Shown one piece after another: positions 35,901 to 48,600 of a DNA stretch of 64,000 nt. Source of the DNA: Eledone cirrhosa (taxonomy: Eukaryota). Both the position numbers and the translations under genes were made by a program. A model generated the notes under the pieces. It was not told the DNA's origin. It worked only from the letters and a program-made list of their open reading frames with translations, and did not search any database. The stretch spans positions 85,374,001 to 85,438,000 of the forward strand of contig OZ024743.1 of NCBI GenBank assembly GCA_964016885.1, read 5' to 3'. Position 1 is the stretch's first letter. The number at the start of each line of letters is the position of its first letter.

Positions 35901-38900
35901 TGGTAGTTGTGCTGTTGTAGGTACTGTAGTGTCTATGTTGATAGTTGTGGTGTTGTATGTACTGTATCGTCTATGTTGGTAGTTGTGGTGTTGTATGTAC
36001 TGTAGTGTCTATGTTGGTAGTTGTGGTGCCGCGTGTACTGTAGTGTCTATGTTGGTAGTTGTGCTGTTGTATGTACTGTAGTGTCTATGTTGGTAGTTGT
36101 GGTCTTGTATATACTGTAGTGTCTATGTTGGTAGTTGTGGTCTTGTATGTACTGTATTGTCTACGTTGGTAGTTGTGGTGTCGCATGTACTGTAGTGTCT
36201 ATGTTGGTTGTTGTGGTGTTGTATGTACTGTAGTGTCTATGTTGGTAGTTGTGGTCTTGTATGTACTGTAGTGTCTATGTTGGTAGTTGTGGTCTTGTAT
36301 GTACTGTATTGTCTACGTTGGTAGTTGTGGTGTTGTATTTAATGTAGTGTCTATGCTGGTGGTTGTGGTGCTGTATGTACTGTTGTGTCAATGTAGGTAG
36401 TTGTGGTGTTGTATGTTCTATAGTGTCTATGTTGGTAGTTGTGGTGTTGTAAGTACTATAGTGTCTATGTTGGTAGTTGTGGTGTTGTATGTACTGCAGT
36501 GTCTATGTTGGTAGTTGTGGTGTTGTATGTACTGTAGTGTCTACGGTAGTAGTTGTGGTGTTTTATGTACTGTAATGTCTATGTTGGTGGTTGTGGTGTT
36601 ATGTGTACTGTAGTGTCTATGTTGGTGGTTGTGGTGTTGTATGTAGTGTAGTATCTATGGTGATAGTTGTGGTCTTGTATGTACTGTAGTGTCTATGTTG
36701 GTAGTTGTGGTGTTGTATGTACTGTAGTGTCTATGTTGGTGGTTGTGGTGTTGTATGTAGTGTAGTATCTATGGTGATAGTTGTGGTCTTGTATGTACTG
36801 TAGTGTCTATGTTGGTAGTTGTGGAGTTGTATGTACTGTAGTGTCTATATTGTTAGTTCTGGTATTGTATGTACTGTAGTGTCTATGTTGGTAGTTGTGG
36901 TGTTGTACGTACTGTTGTGTATATGATCGTAGTTGTGGTGTTGTACGTACTGTTGTGTGTATGTAGGTAGGTGTAGTGTTGTATGTACTATAGTGTCTAT
37001 GTTGGTAGTTGTGGTGTTTTATGTACTGTGGTATCTATGTTGGTAGTTGTGGTGTTGTACGTACTGCAGTGTCTATGGTGGTAGTTGTGGAGTTGTATGT
37101 ACTGTAGTGTCTATGTTGGTAGTTGTGGTGTTGTATGTACTGCAGTGTCTATGTTGGTAGTTGTGGTGTTGTATGTAATGTAGTGTCTATGGTGGTAGTT
37201 GTGGAGTTGTATGTACTGTAGTGTCTATGTTGGTAGCTGTGGTGTTGTAGTACTGTAGTGTCTATCTTGGTAGTTGTGGTGTTGCACGTACTGTTGTGTC
37301 TATGTTGGTAGTTGTGCTGTTGTAGGTATTCTAGTGTCTATATTGGTAGTTGTGTTGTTGTATGTACTGTAGTTTCTATGGTGGTAGTTGTGGTGTTGTA
37401 TGTATTGTAGCATCTGTGTTGGTAGTTGTTGTGTTGTATGTACTGTAGTGTCTATATTGCTAGTTGTGGTGTTGTATGTACTGTAGTGTCTATGTTGGTA
37501 GTTGTAGTGTTGTATGTACTGTAGAGTCTATGTTGGTAGTTGTCGTGTTATACATGCTGTAGTGTCTATGTTGGTAGTTGTGGTGTTGTATGTAATGTAG
37601 TGTCTATGGTGGTAGTTGTGGAGTTGTATGTACTGTAGTGTCTATGTTGGTAGTTGTGGTGTTGTACGTACTGTTGTGTGTATGTAGGGAGGTGTGGTGG
37701 TGTATGTAATTTAGTGTCTATGTTGGTAGTTGTGGTGTTTTATGTACTGTAGTCTCTATGTTGGTAGTTGTGGTGTTGTAGTACTGTAGTGACTATGTTG
37801 GTAGTTGTGGTGTTGTATGTACTGTAGTGTCTATGGTGGTAGCTGTGGTAGTTGTATATACTGTAGTGTCTATGTTGGCAGTTGTGGTGTTGTAGTACTG
37901 TAGTGTCTATGTTGGTAGTTGTGGTGTTGTATGTACTGTAGTGTCTATGGTGGTAGTTGTGGTGTTGTATGTACTATAGTATCTATGTTGGTGGTTGTGG
38001 TGCTGTATGTACTGTAGTGTTTATGTTGGTAGTTGTGGTGTTGTACATACTGTAGTGTCTATCTTGGTAGTTGTGGTGTTATATTTACTGTCGTGTCTAT
38101 GTAGGTAGTTGTGGTGTTGTATGTACTGTAGTGTCTATGTTGGTTGTTGTGGTGTTGTATGTAATGTAGTGTCTGTATTGGTAGTTGTGATGTAATATGT
38201 ACTGTAGTGTCTATGTTGGTAGTTGTGATGTTGTATGTACTGTAGTGTCTATGGTGGTAGTTGTGCTGTTGTAGGTACTGTAGTGTCTATATTGATAGTT
38301 GTGGTGTTGTATATACTGTAGTGTCTATGTTGGTAGTTGTGGTGTTGTATGTAGTGTAGTATCTATGTTGGTAGTTGTGCTGTTTTATGTACTGTAGTGT
38401 CTATGTTGGTAATTGTGGTGTTTTATGTACTGTACTGTCTATGTTGGTGGTTGTGGTGTTATGCGTACTGTAGTGTCTATGTTGGTAGTTGTGGTGTTGT
38501 ATGTACTGTAGTGTCTATGTTGGTGGTTGTGGTGTTGTATGTAGTGTAGTATCTATGGTGATAGTTGTGGTCTTGTATGTACTGTAGTGTCTATGTTGGT
38601 AGTTGTGGAGTTGTATGTACTGTAGTGTCTATATTGTTAGTTGTGGTATTGTATGTACTGTAGTATGTATGGTGATAGTTGTGGTCTTGTATGTACTGTA
38701 GTGTCTATGTTGGTAGTTGTGGAGTTGTATGTACTGTAGTGTCTATATTGTTAGTTGTGGTATTGTATGTACTGTAGTGTCTATGTTGGTAGTTGTGGTG
38801 TTGTACGTACTGTTGTGTCTATGATCGTAGTTGTGGTGTTGTACGTACTGTTGTGTGTATGTAGGTAGGTGTAGTGTTGTATGTACTATAGTGTCTATGT

Positions 38901-41240
38901 TGGTAGTTGTGGTGTTTTATGTACTGTTGTGTCTATGTTGGTGGTTGTGGTGTTGTATGTACTGCAGTGTCTATGTTGGTAGTTGTGGTGTTGTATGTAA
39001 TGTAGTGTCTATGTTGGTAGTTGTGGTGTTGTATGTACTGTAGTGTCTATAGTGGTAGTTGTGGAGTTGTATGTACTGTAGTGTCTATATTGTTAGTTGT
39101 GGTATTGTATATACTGTAGTGTCTATGTTGGTAGTTGTGGTGTTGTACGTACTGTTGTGTCTATGATCGTAGTTGTGATGTTGTACGTACTGTTGTGTGT
39201 ATGTAGGTAGGTGTAGTGTTGTATGTACTATAGTGTCTATGTTGGTAGTTGTGGTGTTTTATGTACTGTTGTGTCTACGTTGGTGGTTGTGGTGTTGTAT
39301 GTACTGCAGTGTCTATGTTGGTAGTTGTGGTGTTGTATGTACTGTAGTGTCTATGGTGGTAGTTGTGGAGTTGTATGTACTGTAGTGTCTATGTTGGTAG
39401 CTGTGGTGTTGTAGTACTGTAGTGTCTATGTTGGTAGTTGTGGTGTTGTATGTAGTGTAGTGTCCATGTTGGTAGTTGTGGTGTTGCACATACTGTTGTG
39501 TCTATGTTGGTAGTTGTGCTGTTGTAGGTACTGTAGTGTCCATGTTGGTAGTTGTGGTGTTGCACGTACTGTTGTGTCTATGTTGGTAGTTGTGGTGTTG
39601 TACGTACTGTTGTGTGTATGTAGGTAGGTGTGGTGGTGTATGTACTTTAGTGTCTATGTTGGTAGTTGTGGTGTTTTATGTACTGTAGTCTCTATGTTGG
39701 TAGTTGTGGTGTTGTAGTACTGTAGTGACTATGTTGGTAGTTGTGGTGTTGTATTTACTGTAGTGTCTATGTTAGTAGTTGTGGTGTTGTATGTAATGTA
39801 GTGTCTGTATTGGTAGTTGTGGTGTTGTATGTACTGTAGTGGCTATGGTGGTAGTTGTGGTAGTTGTATATACTGTAGTGTCTATGTTGGCAGTTGTGGT
39901 GTTGTATTACTGTAGTGTCTATCTTGGTAGTTGTGGTGTTGTATGTACTGTAGTGTCTATGGTGGTAGTTGTGGTGTTGTATGTACTATAGTATCTATGT
40001 TGGTGGTTGTGGTGCTGTATGTACTGTAGTGTTTATGTTGGTAGTTGTGGTGTTGTACATACTGTAGTGTCTATCTTGGTAGTTGTGGTGTTGTATTTAC
40101 TGTAGTGTCTATGTAGGTAGTTGTGGTGTTGCATGTACTATAGTATCTATGTTGGTGGTTGTGGTGCTGTATGTACTGTAGTGTTTATGTTGGTAGTTGT
40201 GGTGTTGTACATACTGTAGTGTCTATCTTGGTAGTTGTGGTGTTATATTTACTGTAGTGTCTATGTAGGTAGTTGTGGTGTTGTATGTACTGTAGTGTCT
40301 ATGTTGGTTGTTGTGGTGTTATATGTAATGTAGTGTCTGTATTGGTAATTGTGATGTTATATGTACTGTAGTGTCTATGTTGGTAGTTGTGGTGTTGTAT
40401 GTACTGTAGTGTCTATGGTGGTAGTTGTGGTGTTATAGGTACTGTCGTGTCTATGTTGGTAGTTGTGGTGTTGTATATACTGTAGTGTCTATGGTGGTAG
40501 TTGTGGTGTTGTATGTACTGTAGTGTCTATGTTGGTTGTTGTGGTGTTGTACATACTGTAGTGTCTATGTTGGTAGTTGTGATGTTGTATGTACTGTAGT
40601 GTCTATATCAGTAGTTGTGGTGTTGTAGTACTGTAGTGTCTATGTTGGTAGTTGTGGTGTTGTATGTACTGTAGTGTCTATGTTGGTAGTTGTGGTGTTG
40701 TATGTACTGTAGTGTCTATATTGGTAGTTGTGGTGTTGTATGTACTGTAGAGTCTATGTTGGTAGTTGTCGTGTTATACATACTGTAGTGTCTATGTTGG
40801 TAGTTGTGGTGTTGTATGTACTGTAGTGTCTATGTTGGTAGTTGTGGTGTTGTACGTACTGTTGTGTCTATGATCGTAGTTGTGGTGTTGTACGTACTGT
40901 TGTGTGTATGTAGGTAGGGGTAGTGTTGTATGTACTATAGTGTCTATGTTGGTAGTTGTGGTGTTTTATGTACTGTGGTATCTATGTTGGTAGTTGTGGT
41001 GTTGTACGTACTGTTGTGTCTATGTTGGTGGTTGTGGTGTTGTATGTACTGCAGTGTCTATGTTGGTAGTTGTGGTGTTGTAGGTACTGTAGTGTCCATG
41101 TTGGTAGTTGTGGTGTTGCACGTACTGTTGTGTCTATGTTGGTAGTTGTGGTGTTGTATGTAGTGTAGTATACATGTTGGTAGTTGTTGTGTTGTATGTA
41201 CTGTAGTGTCTATATTGGTAGTTGTGATGTTGTATGTACT

Positions 41241-42635
41241 ATAATAATAATAATGAAATTATTGTGTAAAGTGCTCAGGTGCACTACAACTCGTCAATAT
41301 AGTACATAGAATAATACACAAATGCCAGGGAAGTACATGTTTGTATGTGTTAGCTGTAGTGTTGGCGGATCTCGGGAAGCATGGAGGCCTTAAAGGATGC
41401 AGCGTCTCGACAGCTAACAACTGATGCAGGTAGTTTGTTCCATGCTTCAGCAACTCTGAGCGTGAAAAAATGTTTCCGAAAGTCATGGGAACTGTGCTGT
41501 TTTCTTACTTTGTGGGCATGTCCACGTGTGTTAGACACATGGAAATCGAAAAGGCACTCAGGGTTGTTGTTGGCAACATGGTTAACAATTTTGTGGGTGT
41601 TTACCAAGTCAGTTGCCAGGCGTCGGAGCTTCAATGAATCCATGCCCAGGGAAGCAAGGCGATCAGAGTATGGTAGATGCCTGATGGAGGGTATTCGCTT
41701 GGTTGCACGTCTCTGAACAGTTTCCAGGCGGTCAATGTCCTGAGCAAGATAGGGGTTCCAGACTGGTGATGCAAATTCTAAGTGTGGTCGCACCATAGCT
41801 GTATACAGCCTTAAATAGATATCTGGAGAGCGGCTGACAAAGGTCTTGCTGAGTGATGCTAAGACACCCTCGGCCCTCTTGACAATTTTAGAGACGTGCC
41901 TCGTCCAACGCAAATCGCTGCTGACCGTAATGCCCAGGTCACGTTCACAGGAAGACTTCTTGATATTAGTGCTGTGGAGGGAATATGTGGACGCTGGGTT
42001 TTTACTCCCAAAATGCATGGTGGTGCACTTGTCCACAGCTAGCTTGAGTTGCCAGTCTGAGATCCACTGTTGCATTGTGTCCAGGTCAGACTGCAAGCAA
42101 GATCTATAGTGTTCAGGATCTGTCCTTTTTATCTCAAGGTACAGCTTGATGTCGTCTGCGTACTTTAGTACTGTGGCATTCCTTAAGTTGGCATCTATGT
42201 CATTAATATATGCCACAAACAAAAGGGGGCCAAGAACAGATCCCTGAGGTACACCAGATGACATCTCATATGGTGAGGAATGCTGTCCCAGAACCGTGAC
42301 TACCTCTCTTCGACTGAGAATGAAGGACTTCAACCAGTTAAAAAGATCATCCTTCACACCCATTGCAGAGAGTTTTGCCATAAGCCTTTTGTGCGGCACA
42401 GAATTGAAGGCCTTCGCAAAGTCAAGGTAAACAACATCCACCCATGAGCCGCCATCAGTGATCCGGGTGATGTCCTCAAGAAACTCTATAAGTTGATCAC
42501 AGCAGCTGGAGTTGGGGATAAATCCAAATTGCGAAGGCCGGATAAGACTGTGAGAGCTCCAGAAGTTCCAAAGTGTTTCTCTGACACAGGATTCCATCAG
42601 TTTGGCGATGCAACTAGTAAGACTGACTGGACGAT
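41241..42635 (-). mobile_element. 5'-truncated CR1/L2-type LINE in the satellite, with uninterrupted RT frame
   Basis: ORF 41350..42597 (415 aa; YLDFAKAF, GVPQGSVLGP, YADD); (ATT)n tail at 41241-41254; same family as 19051-22440. Confidence 0.95.
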
Positions 42636-45600
42636 AGTGTCTATGTTGGTAGTTGTGGTGTTGTATGTAATGTAGTGTCTATGTTGGTGGTTGTGGTGTT
42701 GTACGTACTGTTGTGTGTATGTAGGGAGGTGTGGTGGTGTATGTACTTTAGTGTCTATGTTGGTAGTTGTGGTGTTTTATGTACTGTAGTCTCTATGTTG
42801 GTAGTTGTGGTGTTGTAGTACTGTAGTGACTATGTTGGTAGTTGTGGTGTTGTATGTACTGTAGTGTCTATGGTGGTAGTTGTGGTAGTTGTATATACTG
42901 TAGTGTCTATGTTGGCAGTTGTGGTGTTGTATAACTGTAGTGTCTATCTTGGTAGTTGTGGTGTTGTATGTACTGTAGTGTCTATGGTGGTAGTTGTGGT
43001 GTTGTATGTATTATAGTATCCATGTTGGTGGTTGTGGTGCTGTATGTACTGTAGTGTTTATGTTGGTAGTTGTGGTGTTGTACATACTGTAGTGTCTATC
43101 TTGGTAGTTGTGGTGTTGTATTTACTGTAGTGTCTATGTAGGTAGTTGTGGTGTTGCATGTACTATAGTATCTATGTTGGTGGTTGTGGTGCTGTATGTA
43201 CTGTAGTGTTTATGTTGGTAGTTGTGGTGTTGTACATACTGTAGTGTCTATCTTGGTAGTTGTGGTGTTATATTTACTGTAGTGTCTATGTAGGTAGTTG
43301 TGGTGTTGTATGTACTGTAGTGTCTATGTTGGTTGTTGTGGTGTTGTATGTAATGTAGTGTCTGTATTGGTAGTTGTGATGTTATATGTACTGTAGTGTC
43401 TATGTTGGTAGTTGTGGTGTTGTATGTACTGTAGTGTCTATGGTGGTAGTTGTGCTGTTGTAGGTACTGTAGTGTCTATATTGATAGTTGTGGTGTTGTA
43501 TATACTGTAGTGTCTATGTTGGTAGTTGTGGTGTTGTATGTAGTGTAGTATCTATGTTGGTAGTTGTGGTGTTGTAAGTACTACAGTGTCTATGTTGGTA
43601 GTTGTGGTGTTTTATGTACTGTAGTGTCTATGTTGGTAGTTGTGCTGTTTTATGTACTGTAGTGTCTATGTTGGTAATTGTGGTGTTTTATGTACTGTAA
43701 TGTCTATGTTGGTGGTTGTGGTGTTGTATGTACTGTAGTGTCTATGTTGGTGGTTGTGGTGTTGTATGTAGTGTAGTATCTATGGTGATAGTTGTGGTCT
43801 TGTATGTACTGTAGTGTCTATGTTGGTAGTTGTGGAGTTGTATGTACTGTAGTGTCTATATTGTTAGTTGTGGTATTGTATGTACTGTAGTATCTATGGT
43901 GATAGTTGTGGTCTTGTATGTACTGTAGTGTCTATGTTGGTAGTTGTGGAGTTGTATGTACTGTAGTGTCTATATTGTTAGTTGTGGTATTGTACGTACT
44001 GTTGTGTGTATGTAGGTAGGTGTAGTGTTGTATGTACTATAGTGTCTATGTTGGTAGTTGTGGTGTTTTATGTACTGTGGTATCTATGTTGGTAGTTGTG
44101 GTGTTGTACGTACTGTTGTGTCTATGTTGGTGGTTGTGGTGTTGTATGTACTGCAGTGTCTATGTTGGTAGTTGTGGTGTTGTATGTAATGTAGTGTCTA
44201 TGGTGGTAGTTGTGGAGTTGTATGTACTGTAGTGTCTATGTTGGTAGTTGTGGTGTTGTACGTACTGTTGTGTCTATGATCGTAGTTGTGGTGTTGTACG
44301 TACTGTTGTGTGTATGTAGGTAGGTGTAGTGTTGTATGTACTATAGTGTCTATGTTGGTAGTTGTGGTGTTTTATGTACTGAGGTATCTATGTTGGTAGT
44401 TGTGGTGTTGTACGTACTGTTGTGTCTATGTTGGTGGTTGTGGTGTTGTATGTACTGCAGTGTCTATGTTGGTAGTTGTGGTGTTGTATGTAATGTAGTG
44501 TCTATGGTGGTAGTTGAGGAGTTTTATGTACCGTAGTGTCTATGTTGGTAGCTGTGGTGTTGTAGTACTGTAGTGTCTATGTTGGTAGTTGTGGTGTTGC
44601 ACGTACTGTTGTGTCTATGTTGGTAGTTGTGCTGTTGTAGGTATTCTAGTGTCTATATTGGTAGTTGTGTTGTTGTATGTACTGTAGTTTCTATGATGGT
44701 AGTTGTGGTGTTGTATGTAGTGTAGTATCTATGTTGGTAGTTGTTGTGTTGTATGTACTGTAGTGTCTATATTGCTAGTTGTGGTGTTGTATGTACTGTA
44801 GTGTCTATGTTGGTAGTTGTGGTGTTGTATGTAATGTAGTGTCTATGTTGGTGGTAGTGGTGTGGTACGTACTGTTGTGTCTATGTTGGTAGTTGTGGTG
44901 TTGTACGTACTGTTGTTTGTATGTGGGTAGGTGAGGTGGGGTATGTACTTTAGTGTCTATGTTGGTAGTTGTGGTGTTTTATGTACTGTAGTCTCTATGT
45001 TGGTAGTTGTGGTGTTGTAGTACTGTAGTGTCTATGTTGGTAGTTGTGGTGTTATATTTACTGTAGTGTCTATGTTAGTAGTTGTGGTGTTGTATGTAAT
45101 GTAGTGTCTGTATTGGTAGTTGTGGTGTTGTATGTACTGTAGTGTCTATGGTGGTAGTTGTGGTGTTGTATATACTGTAGTGTCTATGTTGGCAGTTGTC
45201 GTGTTGTATTACTGTAGTGTCTATATCGTTAGTTGTGGTGTTATAGGAACTGTAGTGTCTATGGTGGTAGTTGTGGTGTTGTATGTACTATAGTATCTAT
45301 GTTGGTGGTTGTGGTGCTGTATGTACTGTAGTGTTTATGTTGGTAGTTGTGGTGTTGTACATACTGTAGTGTCTATCTTGATAGTTGTGGTGTTATCTTT
45401 ACTGTAGTGTATATGTAGGTAGTTGTGGTGTTGTATGTAATGTAGTGTCTATGTTGTTTGTTGTGGTGTTGTATGTAATGTAGTGTCTGTATTGGTAGTT
45501 GTGATGTTATATGTACTGTAGTGTCTATGTTGGTAGTTGTGGTGTTGTATGTACTGTAGTGTCTATGGTGGTAGTTGTGGTGTTATAGGTACTGTCGTGT

Positions 45601-48600
45601 CTATGTTGATAGTTGTGGTGTTGTATATACTGTAGTGTCTATGTTGGTGTTTGTGGTGTTGTACATACTGTAATGTCTATGTTGGTAGTTGTGGTGTTAT
45701 ATGTAATGTAGTGTCAATGTTGGTAGTTGTGGTGTTATATATACTGTAGTGTCTATGTTGGTGGTTGTGGTGTTGTATGTACTGTAGTGTCTATGTTGGT
45801 AGTTGTGTTGTTGTATGTACGATAGTGTCTATGTTGGTAGTTGTGATATTGTATGCACTATAATGTCTATGTTGGTAGTTTTGGTGTTGTATGTACTGTA
45901 GTGTCTATGGTGGTAGTTGTGGTGTTGTATGTACTGTAGTGTCTATGTTGGTTGTTGTGGTGTTGTACATACTGTAGTGTCTATGTTGGTAGTTGTGATG
46001 TTGTATGTACTGTAGTGTCTATATCAGTAGTTGTGGTGTTGTAGTACTGTAGCGTCTATGTTGGTAGTTGTGGAGTTGTATGTACTGTAGTGTTTATATT
46101 GTTAGTTGTGGTATCGTATGTACTGTAGTATCTATGGTGATAGTTGTGGTCTTGTATGTACTGTAGTGTCTATGTTGGTAGTTGTGGAGTTGTATGTACT
46201 GTAGTGTCTATATTGTTAGTTGTGGTATTGTACGTACTGGTGTGTGTATGTAGGTAGGTGTAGTGTTGTATGTACTATAGTGTCTATGTTGGTAGTTGTG
46301 GTGTTTTATGTACTGTGGTATCTATGTTGGTAGTTGTGGTGTTGTACATACTGTTGTGTCTATGTTGGTGGTTGTGGTGTTGTATGTACTGCAGTGTCTA
46401 TGTTGGTAGTTGTGGTGTTGTATGTAATGTAGTGTCTATGGTGGTAGTTGTGGAGTTGTATGTACTGTAGTCTCTATGTTGGTAGTTGTGGTGTTGTAGT
46501 ACTGTAGTGTCTATGTTGGTAGTTGTGGTGTTATATTTACTGTAGTGTCTATGTTAGTAGTTGTGGTGTTGTATGTAATGTAGTGTCTGTATTGGTAGTT
46601 GTAGTGTTGTATGTACAGTAGTGTCTATGGTGGTAGTTGTGGTGTTGTATATACTGTAGTGTCTATGTTGGCAGTTGTCGTGTTGTATTACTGTAGTGTC
46701 TATATCGTTAGTTGTGGTGTTATAGGAACTGTAGTGTCTATGGTGGTAGTTGTGGTGTTGTATGTACTATAGTATCTATATTGGTGGTTGTGGTGCTGTA
46801 TGTACTGTAGTGTTTATGTTGGTAGTTGTGGTGTTGTACATACTGTAGTGTCTATCTTGATAGTTGTGGTGTTATATTTACTGTAGTGTATATGTAGGTA
46901 GTTGTGGTGTTGTATGTACTGTAGTGTCTATGTTGTTTGTTGTGGTGTTGTATGTAATGTAGTGTCTATGTTGGTAGTTGTGGTTTTGTATATACTGTAG
47001 TGTCTATGTTGGTGTTTGTGGTGTTGTACATACAGTAATGTCTATGTTGGTAGTTGTGGTGTTATATGTAATGTAGTGTCAATGTTGGTAGTTGTGGTGT
47101 TATATATGCTGTAGTGTCTATGTTGGTGGTTGTGGTGTTCTATGTACTGTAGTGTCTATGTTGGTAGTTGTGTTGTTGTATGTACGATAGTGTCTATGTT
47201 GGTAGTTGTGGTGTTGTATGTACTGTAGTGTCTATGTTGGTAGTTGTGATATTGTATGTACTATAATGTCTATGTTGGTAGTTTTGGTGTTGTATGTACT
47301 GTAGTGTCTATGGTGGTAGTTGTGGTGTTGTATGTACTGTAGTGTCTATGTTGGTTGTTGTGGTGTTGTACATACTGTAGTGTCTATGTTGGTAGTTGTG
47401 ATGTTGTATGTACTGTAGTGTGTATATCAGTAGTTGTGGTGTTGTAGTACTGTAGCGTCTATGTTGGTAGTTGTGGTGTTGTATTTACTGTAGTGTCTAT
47501 GTTGGTGGTTGTGGTGTTGTATGTACTGTAGTGTCTATGTTGGGAGTTGTGTTGTTGTATGTACGATAGTGTCTATGTTGGTAGTTGTGGTGTTGTATGT
47601 ACTGTAGTGTCTATGTTGGTAGTTGTGATATTGTATGTACTATAATGTCTATGTTGGTAGTTGTGGTGTTGTATGTACTGTAGTGTCTGTGGTGGTAGTT
47701 GTGGTGTTGTATGTACTGTAGTGTCTATGTTGGTTGTTGTGGTGTTGTACATACTGTAGTGTCTATGTTGGTAGTTGTGATGTTGTATGTACTGTAGTGT
47801 CTATATCAGTAGTTGTGGTGTTGTAGTACTGTAGTGTCTATGTTGGTAGTTGTGGTGTTGTATTTACTGTAGTGTCTATGTTGGTAGTTGTGGTGTTGTA
47901 TGTACTGTAGTGTTTATGTTGGTAATTGTGGTGTTGTATGTACTGTAGTGTCTATTTTGGGAGCTGAGGTGTTGTATGTACTGTAGTGTCAATATTGGAA
48001 GTTGTGGGGTTGTATGTAGTGTAGTGTCCATGTTGGTAGTTGTGGTGTTGCACGTACTGTTGTGTCTATGTTGGTAGTTGTGCTGTTGTATGTACTGTAG
48101 TGTCTATGTTGGTAGTTGTGGTCTTGTATGTATTGTAGTGTCTATGTTCGTAGTTGTGGTGTTGTATGTACTGTAGTGTCTATGTTGGTAGTTGTGGTGT
48201 TGTATGTACTGTAGTGTCTATGTTGGTAGTTGTGGTGTTGTACGTACTGTTGTGTCTATGATCGTAGTTGTGGTGTTGTACGTACTGTTGTGTGTATGTA
48301 GGTAGGTGTAGTGTTGTATGTACTATAGTGTCTATGTTGGTAGTTGTGGTGTTTTATGTACTGTGGTATCTATGTTGGTAGTTGTGGTGTTGTACGTACT
48401 GTTGTGTCTATGTTGGTGGTTGTGGTGTTGTATGTACTACAGTGTCTATGTTGGTAGTTGTGGTGTTGTATGTAATGTAGTGTCTATGGTGGTAGTTGTG
48501 GAGTTGTATGTACTGTAGTGTCTATGTTGGTAGCTGTGGTGTTGCACGTACTGTTGCGTCTATGTTGGTAGTTGTGCTGTTGTAGGTACTGTAGTGTCCA

